DNA of 35,642 bases, taken from positions 1 to 35,642 of the forward strand of contig JANZZB010000001.1 of NCBI GenBank assembly GCA_026419635.1, in the 5' to 3' direction. This document shows positions 25,990 through 35,403 of the stretch, piece after piece; position 1 is the first letter of the stretch, and each line of letters opens with the position of its first letter. The notes beneath the pieces were generated by a model, which was given only the letters and a program-made list of their open reading frames with translations, ran no database searches and had not been told where the DNA came from. The DNA is from Clostridiales bacterium (GTDB lineage Bacteria; Bacillota; Clostridia; Oscillospirales; Butyricicoccaceae). The translations under genes were made by a program, and so were the position numbers.

Positions 25990-27237
25990 TTATTCCCGTA
26001 TCTGTCCGTTTCCGTAAATGACATATTTTATGGTTGTAAGCTCTTTTAAGCCCATTGGACCACGGGCGTGCAGTTTTTGTGTCGAAATGCCGATTTCTGC
26101 TCCGAAACCGAATTCGTAACCATCGGTAAAACGGGTGGATGCGTTAACATACACGGCGGCTGAATCCACAAGATCCAAAAATTTTTGCGCGGCAAAATAA
26201 TCTGACGTTACGATTGCATCTGAATGTTTCGTGTTATATTGATTGATGTGTTCAATGGCCTGGTCGATCGTATCTACAACTTTGACAGACATGATGTAAT
26301 CGTTATATTCCGCGTAATAGTCGTCCTCCGTCGCGGGAATAATGCCGGGGAGTAACTGGGCAGTCCTTTCACATCCACGAAGCTCAACTTTCTTTTCGTC
26401 AAGACGGGCTTTTGCAAGCGGTAAGAACTCTTTGGCTATATCCTTATGAACCAAAAGGCTTTCGGCAGCGTTGCAAACAGAAGGACGGGAACATTTTGCG
26501 TTATAAAGAATGTTGACAGCCATTTTAAGATCGGCTGACTTGTCGACATAAATATGGCAGTTTCCGATTCCGGTCTGGATGACTGGGATGGAAGCGGTTT
26601 CAACAACTGTGCGAATCAAACCGGCTCCTCCGCGCGGAATCAGTACATCGATATACTGATTTAAGCGCATCATTTCATGGGCCGTTTCTCTTGACACGTC
26701 TTCAATCAGCTGTATCATGTCCGGATTTAAAGAAAGGCTCTTCAGCGCGTTTCTCATCGTATTAGCAAGAGCAATATTTGAATGTATCGCTTCTTTTCCG
26801 CCTCTGAGTATTACTGCGTTGCCGGCCTTTAAACATAAAACGGCGGCATCGGGCGTTACGTTCGGACGTGCCTCATAGATGATGCCGATGACTCCGAGCG
26901 GTACCCTCTTGGCTCCGATCCGCAAACCGTTTGGACGGGTTTTCATTGAAGTAATTTCTCCGAGAGGATCGTCAAGCTGGATGACCTTGCGAACACCTTC
27001 TGCAATGCCTAAAATACGTTCGCGAGTCAGCCTAAGCCGGTCTTGCATAGAGGTTGACATTCCGTTCTCTTTTGCGTTAACTAAATCTTTCTCATTTTGT
27101 TCCAATATATATGCGGAATTTTCCGTAATTGCCGCGGCGATTTGTTCCAGTGCTTTATTGCGTAGTCCGATATCCAAAGCAGCAATGTCCATTGATGCTT
27201 TTTTTGCGCGTTTACCAATATCGATAAGCTGAGACAT
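25990..27237 (-). CDS. proA: Gamma-glutamyl phosphate reductase
   Basis: Aldehyde-dehydrogenase-type ProA blocks are present (...IYEARPNVT.DAA.LCLK.GNAVILRGG.EA..., catalytic Cys in ...CNA.E.LLVH...). Length is 415 aa, and it lies downstream of proB. Confidence 0.96.
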   Translation of the reverse strand: MSQLIDIGKRAKKASMDIAALDIGLRNKALEQIAAAITENSAYILEQNEKDLVNAKENGMSTSMQDRLRLTRERILGIAEGVRKVIQLDDPLGEITSMKTRPNGLRIGAKRVPLGVIGIIYEARPNVTPDAAVLCLKAGNAVILRGGKEAIHSNIALANTMRNALKSLSLNPDMIQLIEDVSRETAHEMMRLNQYIDVLIPRGGAGLIRTVVETASIPVIQTGIGNCHIYVDKSADLKMAVNILYNAKCSRPSVCNAAESLLVHKDIAKEFLPLAKARLDEKKVELRGCERTAQLLPGIIPATEDDYYAEYNDYIMSVKVVDTIDQAIEHINQYNTKHSDAIVTSDYFAAQKFLDLVDSAAVYVNASTRFTDGYEFGFGAEIGISTQKLHARGPMGLKELTTIKYVIYGNGQIRE

Positions 27238-27362
27238 GGTTCATCATTTCCTTTCGTGTTCTCTCGTCACATAACGGATCCGAAGAATTGTGCGTCATGT
27301 GAATGTGTGGCGGTTGCTTAAAGGGGAGCAACACACAGGGGTTTTTATTCTGCTATCTATTT

Positions 27363-28175
27363 TTAATCCATTTTTGACGAAGGGGCTGGCAGAAATAATG
27401 TGCCGACAGGCTCATTCTTAAAAATACCGTAGAGAAGTTCTGGATTCGAACCGTTTGTTATAATCATCGGAATGCCGGCCTCGGATGCTTTTTCTGCTGC
27501 ATTGAGTTTTGTAATCATACCGCCACTTCCACGCTCGGTTCCGGCTCCGGACGCAGCCTGACGAATGCGGTCTGTTAATTCATAAACGACAGGAATCAGA
27601 TGCGCATCCGGATTTTCGCGTGGGTCTTCGTCAAAAAGCCCGTCGATATCAGATAGGATGATTAAAAGGTCCGCCGAACATATTTTTGCTACGATAACGG
27701 AAAGAGTATCGTTTTCGCCAAAAGTCAGTTCCATGATTTCGTCGACGGATACCGTATCGTTTTCATTCACAATCGGGATCGTGCCGAGTTCTAAAAGACT
27801 TTCAAAAGTGTTGATTACATTTTGCCGCCGTTCAGGAACGTCAACGTCGTCCTTTGTCAAAAGGACCTGCGCGACCGTATGTCCGTATTCTTCAAAAAAA
27901 TTATCGTATATATGCATTAACTCGCACTGTCCGACAGCTGCCGCGGCCTGCTTTAACCGCATTTCTTTCGGACGTTCGGGCAATTTTAATTTTGCCACTC
28001 CGGCGGCAATCGCGCCTGAAGTAACTATAATCACTTCGCGGCCTTCGTTTTTAATATCAGCCAGAACTCTAGACAGCGCCCCGATTTGTCTAAGATTCAG
28101 CCGCCCGCTATCATGGGTAAGGGTAGATGTGCCAATCTTAACGACAATTCGACGAGCGCTTCTTACGTCTCCCAA
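27363..28175 (-). CDS. proB: Glutamate 5-kinase (short form, no PUA domain)
   Basis: RIVVKIGTS.LT, VIIVTSGAIAAG, PIVNENDTV and GTGGM.TK-like (GSGGMITK) motifs are present. Length is 270 aa. The start is TTG at 28175, 8 nt after GGAGAG. Confidence 0.95.
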   Translation of the reverse strand: MGDVRSARRIVVKIGTSTLTHDSGRLNLRQIGALSRVLADIKNEGREVIIVTSGAIAAGVAKLKLPERPKEMRLKQAAAAVGQCELMHIYDNFFEEYGHTVAQVLLTKDDVDVPERRQNVINTFESLLELGTIPIVNENDTVSVDEIMELTFGENDTLSVIVAKICSADLLIILSDIDGLFDEDPRENPDAHLIPVVYELTDRIRQAASGAGTERGSGGMITKLNAAEKASEAGIPMIITNGSNPELLYGIFKNEPVGTLFLPAPSSKMD

Positions 28176-28202
28176 TTAACTCACTCTCCAAAGTTTTTTA
28201 TC

Positions 28203-28231
28203 ATTTTATCACTTTTGATTGATTCGTACAA
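28203..28231 (-). promoter_or_regulatory. Candidate sigma-A promoter for proBA (TTGTAC - 17 nt - TGaTAAAAT)
   Basis: On the minus strand the -35 is at 28226-28231 and the extended -10 at 28203-28208. This leaves a leader of only ~20 nt before the proB start. Confidence 0.45.
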
Positions 28232-28314
28232 TACCGCGCATAATTGCTTAAATTACTTTAACTAAAAGGCGTTTTATGTTATTATATAAATAATTATGGA
28301 TGTTTTTCTGAGAG

Positions 28315-28641
28315 GTGTTTTTTTTGAAAAACCGCATTGTTGTGACAATTGCCGGAGAATCGTATACGATCCTCTCCGAAGAGAGTGAAGAGTATGTAAA
28401 AAAAGCGGCCGAACTTGTCGATTCAAAAATTGCGGAAGTCTCTTCAAATATACCGGTTTCTCAACTTAATGCCGCTGTCCTGGCCGCCTTAAGCATTGCG
28501 GATGATTCCTTAAAAGCTGCAATATCTGCCGATAATATGCGCACGCAAATGAAAAGTTATCTCGACGATGCTTCCCGCTTGCGTACGGAACTGAATGAAG
28601 CCAGACGTGAACTTGCCAGACTAAAAAACGGCAAGCGCTGA
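28315..28641 (+). CDS. zapA: Cell division protein ZapA
   Basis: V.I.G..Y.I.S.ES.EY....A.LVD.KI.E pattern, a C-terminal coiled-coil and a length of ~108 aa fit ZapA. It has a non-ATG start. Coordinates are taken from the ORF track. Confidence 0.8.
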   Translation: MFFLKNRIVVTIAGESYTILSEESEEYVKKAAELVDSKIAEVSSNIPVSQLNAAVLAALSIADDSLKAAISADNMRTQMKSYLDDASRLRTELNEARRELARLKNGKR

Positions 28642-28686
28642 TTTTAATACGCGATCTCTTTCGGATATCTCTTGATGGAGGATAAT

Positions 28687-30774
28687 ATGGAACTTTTATC
28701 ACCCGCCGGTTCTTTTGCTGCGGTTCGAGCGGCAGTATTAAACGGAGCCGATGCGGTCTATTTCGGATTTGGTGATTATAATGCACGCCGCAACGCAAAA
28801 AACCTAACAGAGGACGAGGCAAAGCAAGCAATCTCTTTTTGCCGTACCCGGGGTGTGAAGACGTATATCACCCTCAATACTCTGATGACGGATAGAGAAC
28901 TGATAAAAGCGGAAAAATACGTAAAGCTGATGAACGAAGAAGGGGCAGACGCTGTTATTGTCCAAGACCTTGGACTTGCCCGTTTAATTAAAATGGTAGC
29001 ACCGGATCTTCCGATGCATGCTTCAACACAAACCTCTGTGCATAGCCTCGATGGTGTAATAGCGGCGGAGAAACTTGGTTTTTCACGTGTCGTACTTGCG
29101 AGGGAACTTCCGCTTACTGAAATTGAAATGATTTCTAAAAATGCGTCGATCGAAACCGAGGTTTTTATCCATGGCGCTTTGTGTATGTGTTACTCCGGGC
29201 AATGCTATATGAGTTCCGTAATCGGGCAGCGCAGCGGAAACCGCGGTCTTTGCGCGCAGCCGTGCCGCCTGCAGTATTCTTTTTTTGGAGAAGCGCCGGA
29301 CTATCATTTGAGTTTAAAGGATTTAAGTCTTGCGGGGCATTTACAGGAATTAAAAGATGCCGGAGTTTCCTGTTTGAAGATTGAAGGACGGATGAAACGG
29401 GAAGAATATACAGCAATCTGCACTTCAATTTATGCAAAAGCGCTGAAAGAAGAACGCGAACCGAACAGAATGGAAATTGGTCAGCTTGTAACCGCTTTTT
29501 CCCGGGATGGTTTTACGGATGGATATCTGACCAATAAAAAAGGCAACTGGATGTTTGGCGTAAAAAGCGAGGCTCCTCCCAAAGAGGAAAAGGTGCTTTA
29601 TCATGAAGCGAAAAATTCGTACGCCCCCGATAAAGAGATCTCAAGGGTGGTCTTGAATTTTTCTTTTGTAGCACGCAAAGGGAAAAAGGTTCTTTTGGCC
29701 TGTGAAGATGAAAATGGAAACAACCATATTGCCGAAGCGCCGCCTGCGGAAATTGCGGTTAATCGATGGACTACGATTACTGACATTGAAGGCAGCCTGA
29801 AAAAAACCGGAGGCACAATATTTACGCCGGGCAATATAAGTGCACATATTGACGACGGACTTGTCGTTCCGCTTTCGGCAATTAACTCGATGAGGCGCGA
29901 GTGCACCCAAAATATTTTGGAGAAACGAAACAAGTTTAAGACAAGGAAAAGTACGACTTTTCATCCCGGCTTGCAAAGAATTAACCGAACGGAAGCACCT
30001 GAGTTTACTATTTCGGTATTAAAATTTGAGCAGTTATCGATTGATCTTTTGTCCTGCCGACCTAAAATTCTCTACCTTCCGCTGTATGAGGCATTTAGAA
30101 ACAGGGAGGATATTGAGGTTCTGCAAAGCGGAGGGCAAAACTGCGGCTTGGTTATGCCGAGAGTGATATTTGACTCTGAGTGGCCGGTCATTGAAAAATG
30201 GCTGTTAAAAATGAGGTCAATCGGTGTTGTGGATATACTGTGCGGCAATATAGGACAGATTGAAAAGCTGATAAACCTCGGGTTTGTCCCGCATGGGGAT
30301 TTTGGGCTGAATGTTATGAATTCTCAAAGCTTAAAAGAACTGAAAAAACTCGGACTTGTATCTGCAACGGTGTCGTTTGAACTCAATATTTCTCAGATCC
30401 GTGATATATCAAAATGTATTGACGCGGAGATGATTATTTATGGGCGTCTACCGCTTATGGTAACGGAAAATTGTATCCTAAAAAGCCGCACCGGCAATTG
30501 CACCTGTGAAAGTTCAAGTCAGCTGATCGACCGCACCGGCAAAGCGTTCCCGATAATAAGGGAATTTAATCATCGGAATGTAATACTAAACTCTCATAAA
30601 CTGTTTTTAGCCGATAAAGACGATTATAAGCATATCGGGCTAAGTTATGCGCGGTTCTCTTTTACAACTGAAAACCAGCTCGAATGCGCGAAAGTTATAA
30701 ACAGTTATATGAATCCCGGTCAATATGAGCCGACAATGATGACTAGAGGCCTTTATTACAGGGGAGTCGATTAG
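28687..30774 (+). CDS. U32-family peptidase-like protein (RlhA/TrhP/PrtC family, long form with C-terminal extension)
   Basis: MELLSPAGS...AV..GADAVY.G is the N-terminus, with the U32 core E.F.HGALC.CYSG.C..S.......SGNRG.CAQPCR carrying the conserved Cys set. Start reassigned to the ATG at 28687, after GGAGGA (28677-28682). Confidence 0.88.
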   Translation: MELLSPAGSFAAVRAAVLNGADAVYFGFGDYNARRNAKNLTEDEAKQAISFCRTRGVKTYITLNTLMTDRELIKAEKYVKLMNEEGADAVIVQDLGLARLIKMVAPDLPMHASTQTSVHSLDGVIAAEKLGFSRVVLARELPLTEIEMISKNASIETEVFIHGALCMCYSGQCYMSSVIGQRSGNRGLCAQPCRLQYSFFGEAPDYHLSLKDLSLAGHLQELKDAGVSCLKIEGRMKREEYTAICTSIYAKALKEEREPNRMEIGQLVTAFSRDGFTDGYLTNKKGNWMFGVKSEAPPKEEKVLYHEAKNSYAPDKEISRVVLNFSFVARKGKKVLLACEDENGNNHIAEAPPAEIAVNRWTTITDIEGSLKKTGGTIFTPGNISAHIDDGLVVPLSAINSMRRECTQNILEKRNKFKTRKSTTFHPGLQRINRTEAPEFTISVLKFEQLSIDLLSCRPKILYLPLYEAFRNREDIEVLQSGGQNCGLVMPRVIFDSEWPVIEKWLLKMRSIGVVDILCGNIGQIEKLINLGFVPHGDFGLNVMNSQSLKELKKLGLVSATVSFELNISQIRDISKCIDAEMIIYGRLPLMVTENCILKSRTGNCTCESSSQLIDRTGKAFPIIREFNHRNVILNSHKLFLADKDDYKHIGLSYARFSFTTENQLECAKVINSYMNPGQYEPTMMTRGLYYRGVD

Positions 30775-30809
30775 GGATTCTAACAGCTCGAAAGAAGTGA
30801 TGATTTCTT

Positions 30810-31265
30810 ATGTCAATTCAGGTTAAAATAAAACGAATTTCTTCTGATGACGGCAGGCTGCCGGAAAAACCGGAATATGCAACGCCGGGATCTGCGGCCT
30901 TTGACTTAAAGGCGTTTCTTAGTGAGCCTTTATCTGTTGCAAAGGGTGAGTTGGTATCCGTTCCCACAGGCATCGCGATCGAATTGCCATCAGCTGAGTA
31001 TGCTGCGTTTGTTTTTGCGAGAAGCGGACTAGCGACAAAACATGGCATCTGTCTTTCGAATGGGGTCGGCGTCATTGATTCAGACTACAGAGGCGAGATT
31101 AAAGTAGGGCTTTGCAATTTGTCCGATAAAACATATACAATTTATCCGGGGGACCGTATTGCGCAGCTTTCAGTTATGCCCGTCATCCATATCGAACCCG
31201 TTTTTTGCGACGAGCTTACAAAAAGCGAAAGAGGAGAAGGCGGCTTCGGATCTACCGGACGATAA
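30810..31265 (+). CDS. dut: dUTP diphosphatase
   Basis: Dut motifs AAFDL, RSGLA.KHGI, GVIDSDYRGE and a C-terminal RGEGGFGSTG are present. Length is 151 aa. Confidence 0.96.
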   Translation: MSIQVKIKRISSDDGRLPEKPEYATPGSAAFDLKAFLSEPLSVAKGELVSVPTGIAIELPSAEYAAFVFARSGLATKHGICLSNGVGVIDSDYRGEIKVGLCNLSDKTYTIYPGDRIAQLSVMPVIHIEPVFCDELTKSERGEGGFGSTGR

Positions 31266-31311
31266 TCAGTTGTTTTACAAAGCGATATTCTAAAATAAAG
31301 GAACATCATGA

Positions 31312-31875
31312 ATGATTATACTGGCATCTGCATCTCCCAGAAGACATGAATTATTAAGAAGATTAGGGTTGGATTTTACCGTTATACCGGCAGATATTAA
31401 TGAAACATCACACTTTTCTAAGCCGTCTGAAATTGTTTGCGATATCTGTTTGAGAAAGGCGCTTTTTGTAGCAGAAAATACAAAAGACGATGATATAATA
31501 ATCAGCGCCGATACATTGGTTTTTATTGATGGGACATGCCTCGGAAAACCGGAAAACGAAGAAGACGCAAAGCAAAAGCTTAAAATGTTATCCGGCAGAC
31601 ATCATGAAGTTTATACCGGAGTGACCGTGTTAAAAAACAATATCGCGGACACGCGATATATTGTAACAAAAGTACATTTTAAAAACCTAAGTGATAGAGA
31701 AATTACAGGATACGTCAAAACCGGAGAGCCGATGGATAAAGCCGGCGCATATGGACTTCAGGGTATGGGGGCACTCTTGATAGAAGGTATTGAAGGGGAT
31801 TATTTCAATGCAGTCGGCTTGCCGCTTAAGACACTTAATGAAATGCTGAACAAAGTCGGCATCTTTCTTTTTTGA
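31312..31875 (+). CDS. maf: Maf-like nucleoside triphosphate pyrophosphatase
   Basis: ILASASPRR.ELL..LG..F, DT.V..DG...GKP and DKAGAYG.QG motifs are present. Length is 187 aa, and it lies upstream of mreC. Confidence 0.93.
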   Translation: MIILASASPRRHELLRRLGLDFTVIPADINETSHFSKPSEIVCDICLRKALFVAENTKDDDIIISADTLVFIDGTCLGKPENEEDAKQKLKMLSGRHHEVYTGVTVLKNNIADTRYIVTKVHFKNLSDREITGYVKTGEPMDKAGAYGLQGMGALLIEGIEGDYFNAVGLPLKTLNEMLNKVGIFLF

Positions 31876-31893
31876 CGAAAGGTTGGATTAGTA

Positions 31894-32733
31894 TTGCGAG
31901 ATTTTTTTCGTTCAAAAACATTTCTTTTTTTACTGGCGGCAGCGGGTTTGTCTTTTGCTGTTTTTTGCTTTACCGCGTTTACAGAGGGTAAAATATCCGC
32001 CACATCAAATATTACCGGCATTTTAATTACACCGATTCAAAAGGGGACAACCGGAGTCGCCGGTTTTGTTGACAATATTTATGGGTATCTTTACAGATAC
32101 GATTCATTGCAGGAAGAAAACAAAAAGTTAAAAGAAGAACTTCAGGATACAAAGAACAAATTGCAGAGTGCGCAGGAGGCGGCTGAAGAAAATACACACC
32201 TTCGGGAACTTCTGGGATTAAAACAGAAAAACAAAAGTTTCGATCTTGAAATGGCAGAGATCATAGCGTCCAGCACAGGGAACTGGAACACTGCACTTAC
32301 AATTGACAAAGGCTCTTTGTCAGGAATTAAAGTAAACGACTGCGTAATAACAGAAGATGGTATGGTCGGTTACATATCCGAGGTCGGCACAACATTCTCT
32401 GAAGTTGTAACCGTCATAGATCCTACCATGCAAGCGGGCGCCATTGTATCGAGGACAAGAGATGTCGCCGTTGCCCAGGGAAGTTTTGATTTAATGGACC
32501 AGGGAATGCTGAAACTGTCTTATATTAAAAAAGACAGTGATATTATGGAGGGCGACACGGTGGAAACATCCGGTCTTGGGGGAGTTTTCCCGAAAGGAAT
32601 TATTATCGGAACCGTTCAAAAAATTCTCCCCGAACCGCATGGCATTTCTAATTATGCAGTTATCAAACCGGCTGTCAATTTAAATAAAATCAGTAAAGTT
32701 TTTATTGTAAAAAGTTTTAAGATTACGGAGTAA
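31894..32733 (+). CDS. mreC: Rod shape-determining protein MreC
   Basis: An N-terminal TM helix, a coiled-coil (ENKKLKEELQ...) and a C-terminal beta-barrel region (V.T.DGMVGYI.EVG...S.V..I.D......G..GG.FPKG..IG.V) are present. The start is TTG. Confidence 0.9.
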   Translation: MRDFFRSKTFLFLLAAAGLSFAVFCFTAFTEGKISATSNITGILITPIQKGTTGVAGFVDNIYGYLYRYDSLQEENKKLKEELQDTKNKLQSAQEAAEENTHLRELLGLKQKNKSFDLEMAEIIASSTGNWNTALTIDKGSLSGIKVNDCVITEDGMVGYISEVGTTFSEVVTVIDPTMQAGAIVSRTRDVAVAQGSFDLMDQGMLKLSYIKKDSDIMEGDTVETSGLGGVFPKGIIIGTVQKILPEPHGISNYAVIKPAVNLNKISKVFIVKSFKITE

Positions 32734-32736
32734 AAG

Positions 32737-33252
32737 ATGAGATATACTCGAGAGAATTACATAAAATGGTCGTCTTATAGTATATTGATGATACTGCTAT
32801 ATCTTTTACAGACATCGTATAGCCTCGGATTCTCAATTTTTGGTACAAAACCGGACTTGTTTCCGTTCTTTGTGGCCTCTCTTGCACTTCTTGAAGGCCC
32901 TTCTTGTGCCGCCGTTCTCGGCTTTTTTTCAGGATTGTTTTTGGATATGACCATTCCCGGTCTTGATGGTTTCTTTCCATTTTACTATATCGTTTTTGGT
33001 ATTGTGTCAGGCCTTTTTTCAGGGAAATATTTTCGTAAAAATATACTGGCGGCATTGGTTCTAGGCGCAGCCGCTTCGATCGGGCAAAATTTATTAAAAT
33101 ACTTCTTTTACTACGCACTTTTTTATCAGGTGCCACTTATAACAGGATTACGGATTATGGCAGTAGAGTTGATTGTTTCGGTGTTTTTTTCGCCTCTTGT
33201 TTATCTTGGTGTGAAACTGGTTAATAAGCATTTCGCGGAAGAAGAAGATTGA
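32737..33252 (+). CDS. mreD: Rod shape-determining protein MreD
   Basis: It is a 171-aa polytopic membrane protein immediately after mreC and before PBP2. The assignment rests mainly on position and topology. Confidence 0.75.
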   Translation: MRYTRENYIKWSSYSILMILLYLLQTSYSLGFSIFGTKPDLFPFFVASLALLEGPSCAAVLGFFSGLFLDMTIPGLDGFFPFYYIVFGIVSGLFSGKYFRKNILAALVLGAAASIGQNLLKYFFYYALFYQVPLITGLRIMAVELIVSVFFSPLVYLGVKLVNKHFAEEED

Positions 33253-33263
33253 CGGAGGAACGA

Positions 33264-35333
33264 ATGAAAGAACCTTCTGTAGTAAAACGACTTTTAGTAC
33301 TTGGTATATTAGTGCTTGTCATGGCGGGAGTCATGGGAGGCAATTTGGTAGAGCTTCAAATCGTAAACGGCAAGGAATATGCTGAAAAATCGGAGCGGAA
33401 AATTCTTAGGTCCTACCCGATAAAAGCATCCCGTGGTGAAATTGTTGACCGGTATGGCCGCCCTTTGGTTACGAATCGAATGGTATTTTCAGTTCAATTC
33501 GATTACGTATATTGGGATCAGGATCATCAAAACGAGGTTCTCTTAAAGCTTGCAAAACTACTGACGGTAAATCGCGACACATATTTTGACACTCTTCCCG
33601 TTACTCGGAATTCGCCCTACAGTTATACTTTTGAATCGGGGGATAGTCAAGAGAAAAGGAAGCTTTCAGAATTTTTAAGTTCTGATAAAAAGGCTCCAAA
33701 AAATCCTGATGCTGCCGGACTCATGTCTTATTTAAAAAACAAATATAAAATCGATTCGGCGCTTTCCGAATCAGATCAGAGAATCATAGCAGGTATCCGG
33801 TATGAAATGGAGCAGCGTGATTTTTCAACATATAATCTGTTTACATTTGCTACAGATATCGATATCTCTCTTGTGTCGCAAATCATGGAGAGGCACTTTG
33901 AGTTTCCCGGAGTCAATATTGACGAGCAGGAGATCAGGGAGTACCGGACGCAAAGCGCTGCCAATATTTTAGGGCGTGTTGGCCAGATCTATAAAGAGGA
34001 ATATGTAGAACTTAAGCAAAAAGGTTATCCTATGGATGCGATCATAGGCAAAGACGGAATGGAAAAAGCGCTCGAGGGTTATTTGCGCGGTATTGACGGC
34101 ATACGATCCGTTGAAACAAATGTCGCGGGAAAAGTAACGAATGAAATCAGCACAAAAGACCCGCAGCCGGGGGAAAATTGCGTGCTTACGATTGATATTG
34201 CACTTCAGGAAGTTGCCGAACAGTCGCTTGCAGCCAATATTGCCAGAATCAAGGCAAACGGACAGAAAAGTTCTGAGCTTGGAGCCGCCGACATCAAGGG
34301 AGGCGCTGCGGTTGTAATTGACGTAAAAACGGGAGAAGTTCTTGCGCTGGCCAATTATCCGACCTATAATTTGGAGACGTTTAATCAGGAATACAGCAAT
34401 CTCTTAAAAAATCCGTTAAAACCAATGTTTAATCGTGCAATCTCCGGAATATATCCTCCGGGCTCCACATTTAAGATGGTAACTGCGCTTGCGGGACTTG
34501 AAGAAGGGGTTATCAAGCCGGATACTGTTATTGTGGACAGGGGAATGTATACTTACTACTCGCCAAATTACACACCGGCATGCTGGATCTGGAATGAAAA
34601 ACATCAAACGCACGGACCACAGAATGTTTCTGACGCGATTGAAAATTCATGCAATTACTTTTTCTTCGACGTTGGACGAATACTGACAATTGACAGACTG
34701 AACAAATACGCAAAAATGCTTGGACTAGGCATGACGACAGGCATCGAGCTGTCGGGTGAAGCAAAAGGAAACCTTGCGGGGCCGGAGAGCAGAGCCCAAA
34801 AGGGAGGAGACCCGTGGCAGCTGGGTGAGACTATTCAGGCCGCAATCGGTCAGTCAGAAGAGCAATTTACTCCGATTCAACTTGCAAATTATCTTGCGAC
34901 TATTGTAAACGGAGGTACAAGATATAAACCGCATCTTTTAAAAAGTGTAAAAAACTCTGATTACAGCACCACAATTAAGGATGAGAAATCGGAAGTACTT
35001 GATAAAATTTCAATGTCTCAGAAAAACTATGAAGCAATCATGAAGGGAATGAGGAGCGTTGCGGAAAATGGTACAGCTGCCAGCGTTTTCAGAAATTACC
35101 CTATTGCTGTGGGAGGTAAAACCGGTTCTGCACAGGTGTATAAGGGATCGGCAAACGGCATCTTTGTAGGTTTTGCACCATACGACGACCCGCAGATCGC
35201 TGTTTGTATCGTTGGTGAAAACGCAGGCTCGGGTAACCGGATGGCAAATGTTGCGAAAGACATTTTTGACTATTATTTTAAAACATCGGGTGAAACCTCA
35301 AAAATTTCTCAAGAAAACGTCCTTTTGCATTGA
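33264..35333 (+). CDS. mrdA: Penicillin-binding protein 2 (elongasome class B transpeptidase)
   Basis: An N-terminal TM anchor and a PBP dimerisation domain are present, with transpeptidase motifs STFK (GSTFKMV), SCN (ENSCNYFF) and KTGS (GGKTGSAQ). The ATG at 33264 follows GGAGG (33254-33258); the alternative is TTG at 33249. Confidence 0.93.
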   Translation: MKEPSVVKRLLVLGILVLVMAGVMGGNLVELQIVNGKEYAEKSERKILRSYPIKASRGEIVDRYGRPLVTNRMVFSVQFDYVYWDQDHQNEVLLKLAKLLTVNRDTYFDTLPVTRNSPYSYTFESGDSQEKRKLSEFLSSDKKAPKNPDAAGLMSYLKNKYKIDSALSESDQRIIAGIRYEMEQRDFSTYNLFTFATDIDISLVSQIMERHFEFPGVNIDEQEIREYRTQSAANILGRVGQIYKEEYVELKQKGYPMDAIIGKDGMEKALEGYLRGIDGIRSVETNVAGKVTNEISTKDPQPGENCVLTIDIALQEVAEQSLAANIARIKANGQKSSELGAADIKGGAAVVIDVKTGEVLALANYPTYNLETFNQEYSNLLKNPLKPMFNRAISGIYPPGSTFKMVTALAGLEEGVIKPDTVIVDRGMYTYYSPNYTPACWIWNEKHQTHGPQNVSDAIENSCNYFFFDVGRILTIDRLNKYAKMLGLGMTTGIELSGEAKGNLAGPESRAQKGGDPWQLGETIQAAIGQSEEQFTPIQLANYLATIVNGGTRYKPHLLKSVKNSDYSTTIKDEKSEVLDKISMSQKNYEAIMKGMRSVAENGTAASVFRNYPIAVGGKTGSAQVYKGSANGIFVGFAPYDDPQIAVCIVGENAGSGNRMANVAKDIFDYYFKTSGETSKISQENVLLH

Positions 35334-35339
35334 AAATAC

Positions 35340-35369
35340 TTGTAAATTAGTAACATTTAGTCGTATAAT
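35340..35369 (+). promoter_or_regulatory. Candidate sigma-A promoter ahead of the MinD-like gene (TTGTAA - 18 nt - TATAAT)
   Basis: The -35 is at 35340-35345 and a consensus -10 at 35364-35369, in the 70-nt gap after PBP2. This is sequence match only. Confidence 0.4.
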
Positions 35370-35403
35370 ACAATAATATTAGGCAAAACACGTTGGAGGA
35401 ATT

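Noticed and set aside
27442-27452. A perfect tRNA T-arm-like GGTTCGAATCC on the minus strand.
   Set aside because: It lies inside the conserved proB frame (codes NGSNPE). No acceptor, D or anticodon arms can be drawn around it.
28176-28314. A T-box or other riboswitch leader controlling proBA.
   Set aside because: The divergent proB-zapA spacer is only ~139 nt. The best promoter leaves a ~20-nt leader, with no specifier or antiterminator architecture.
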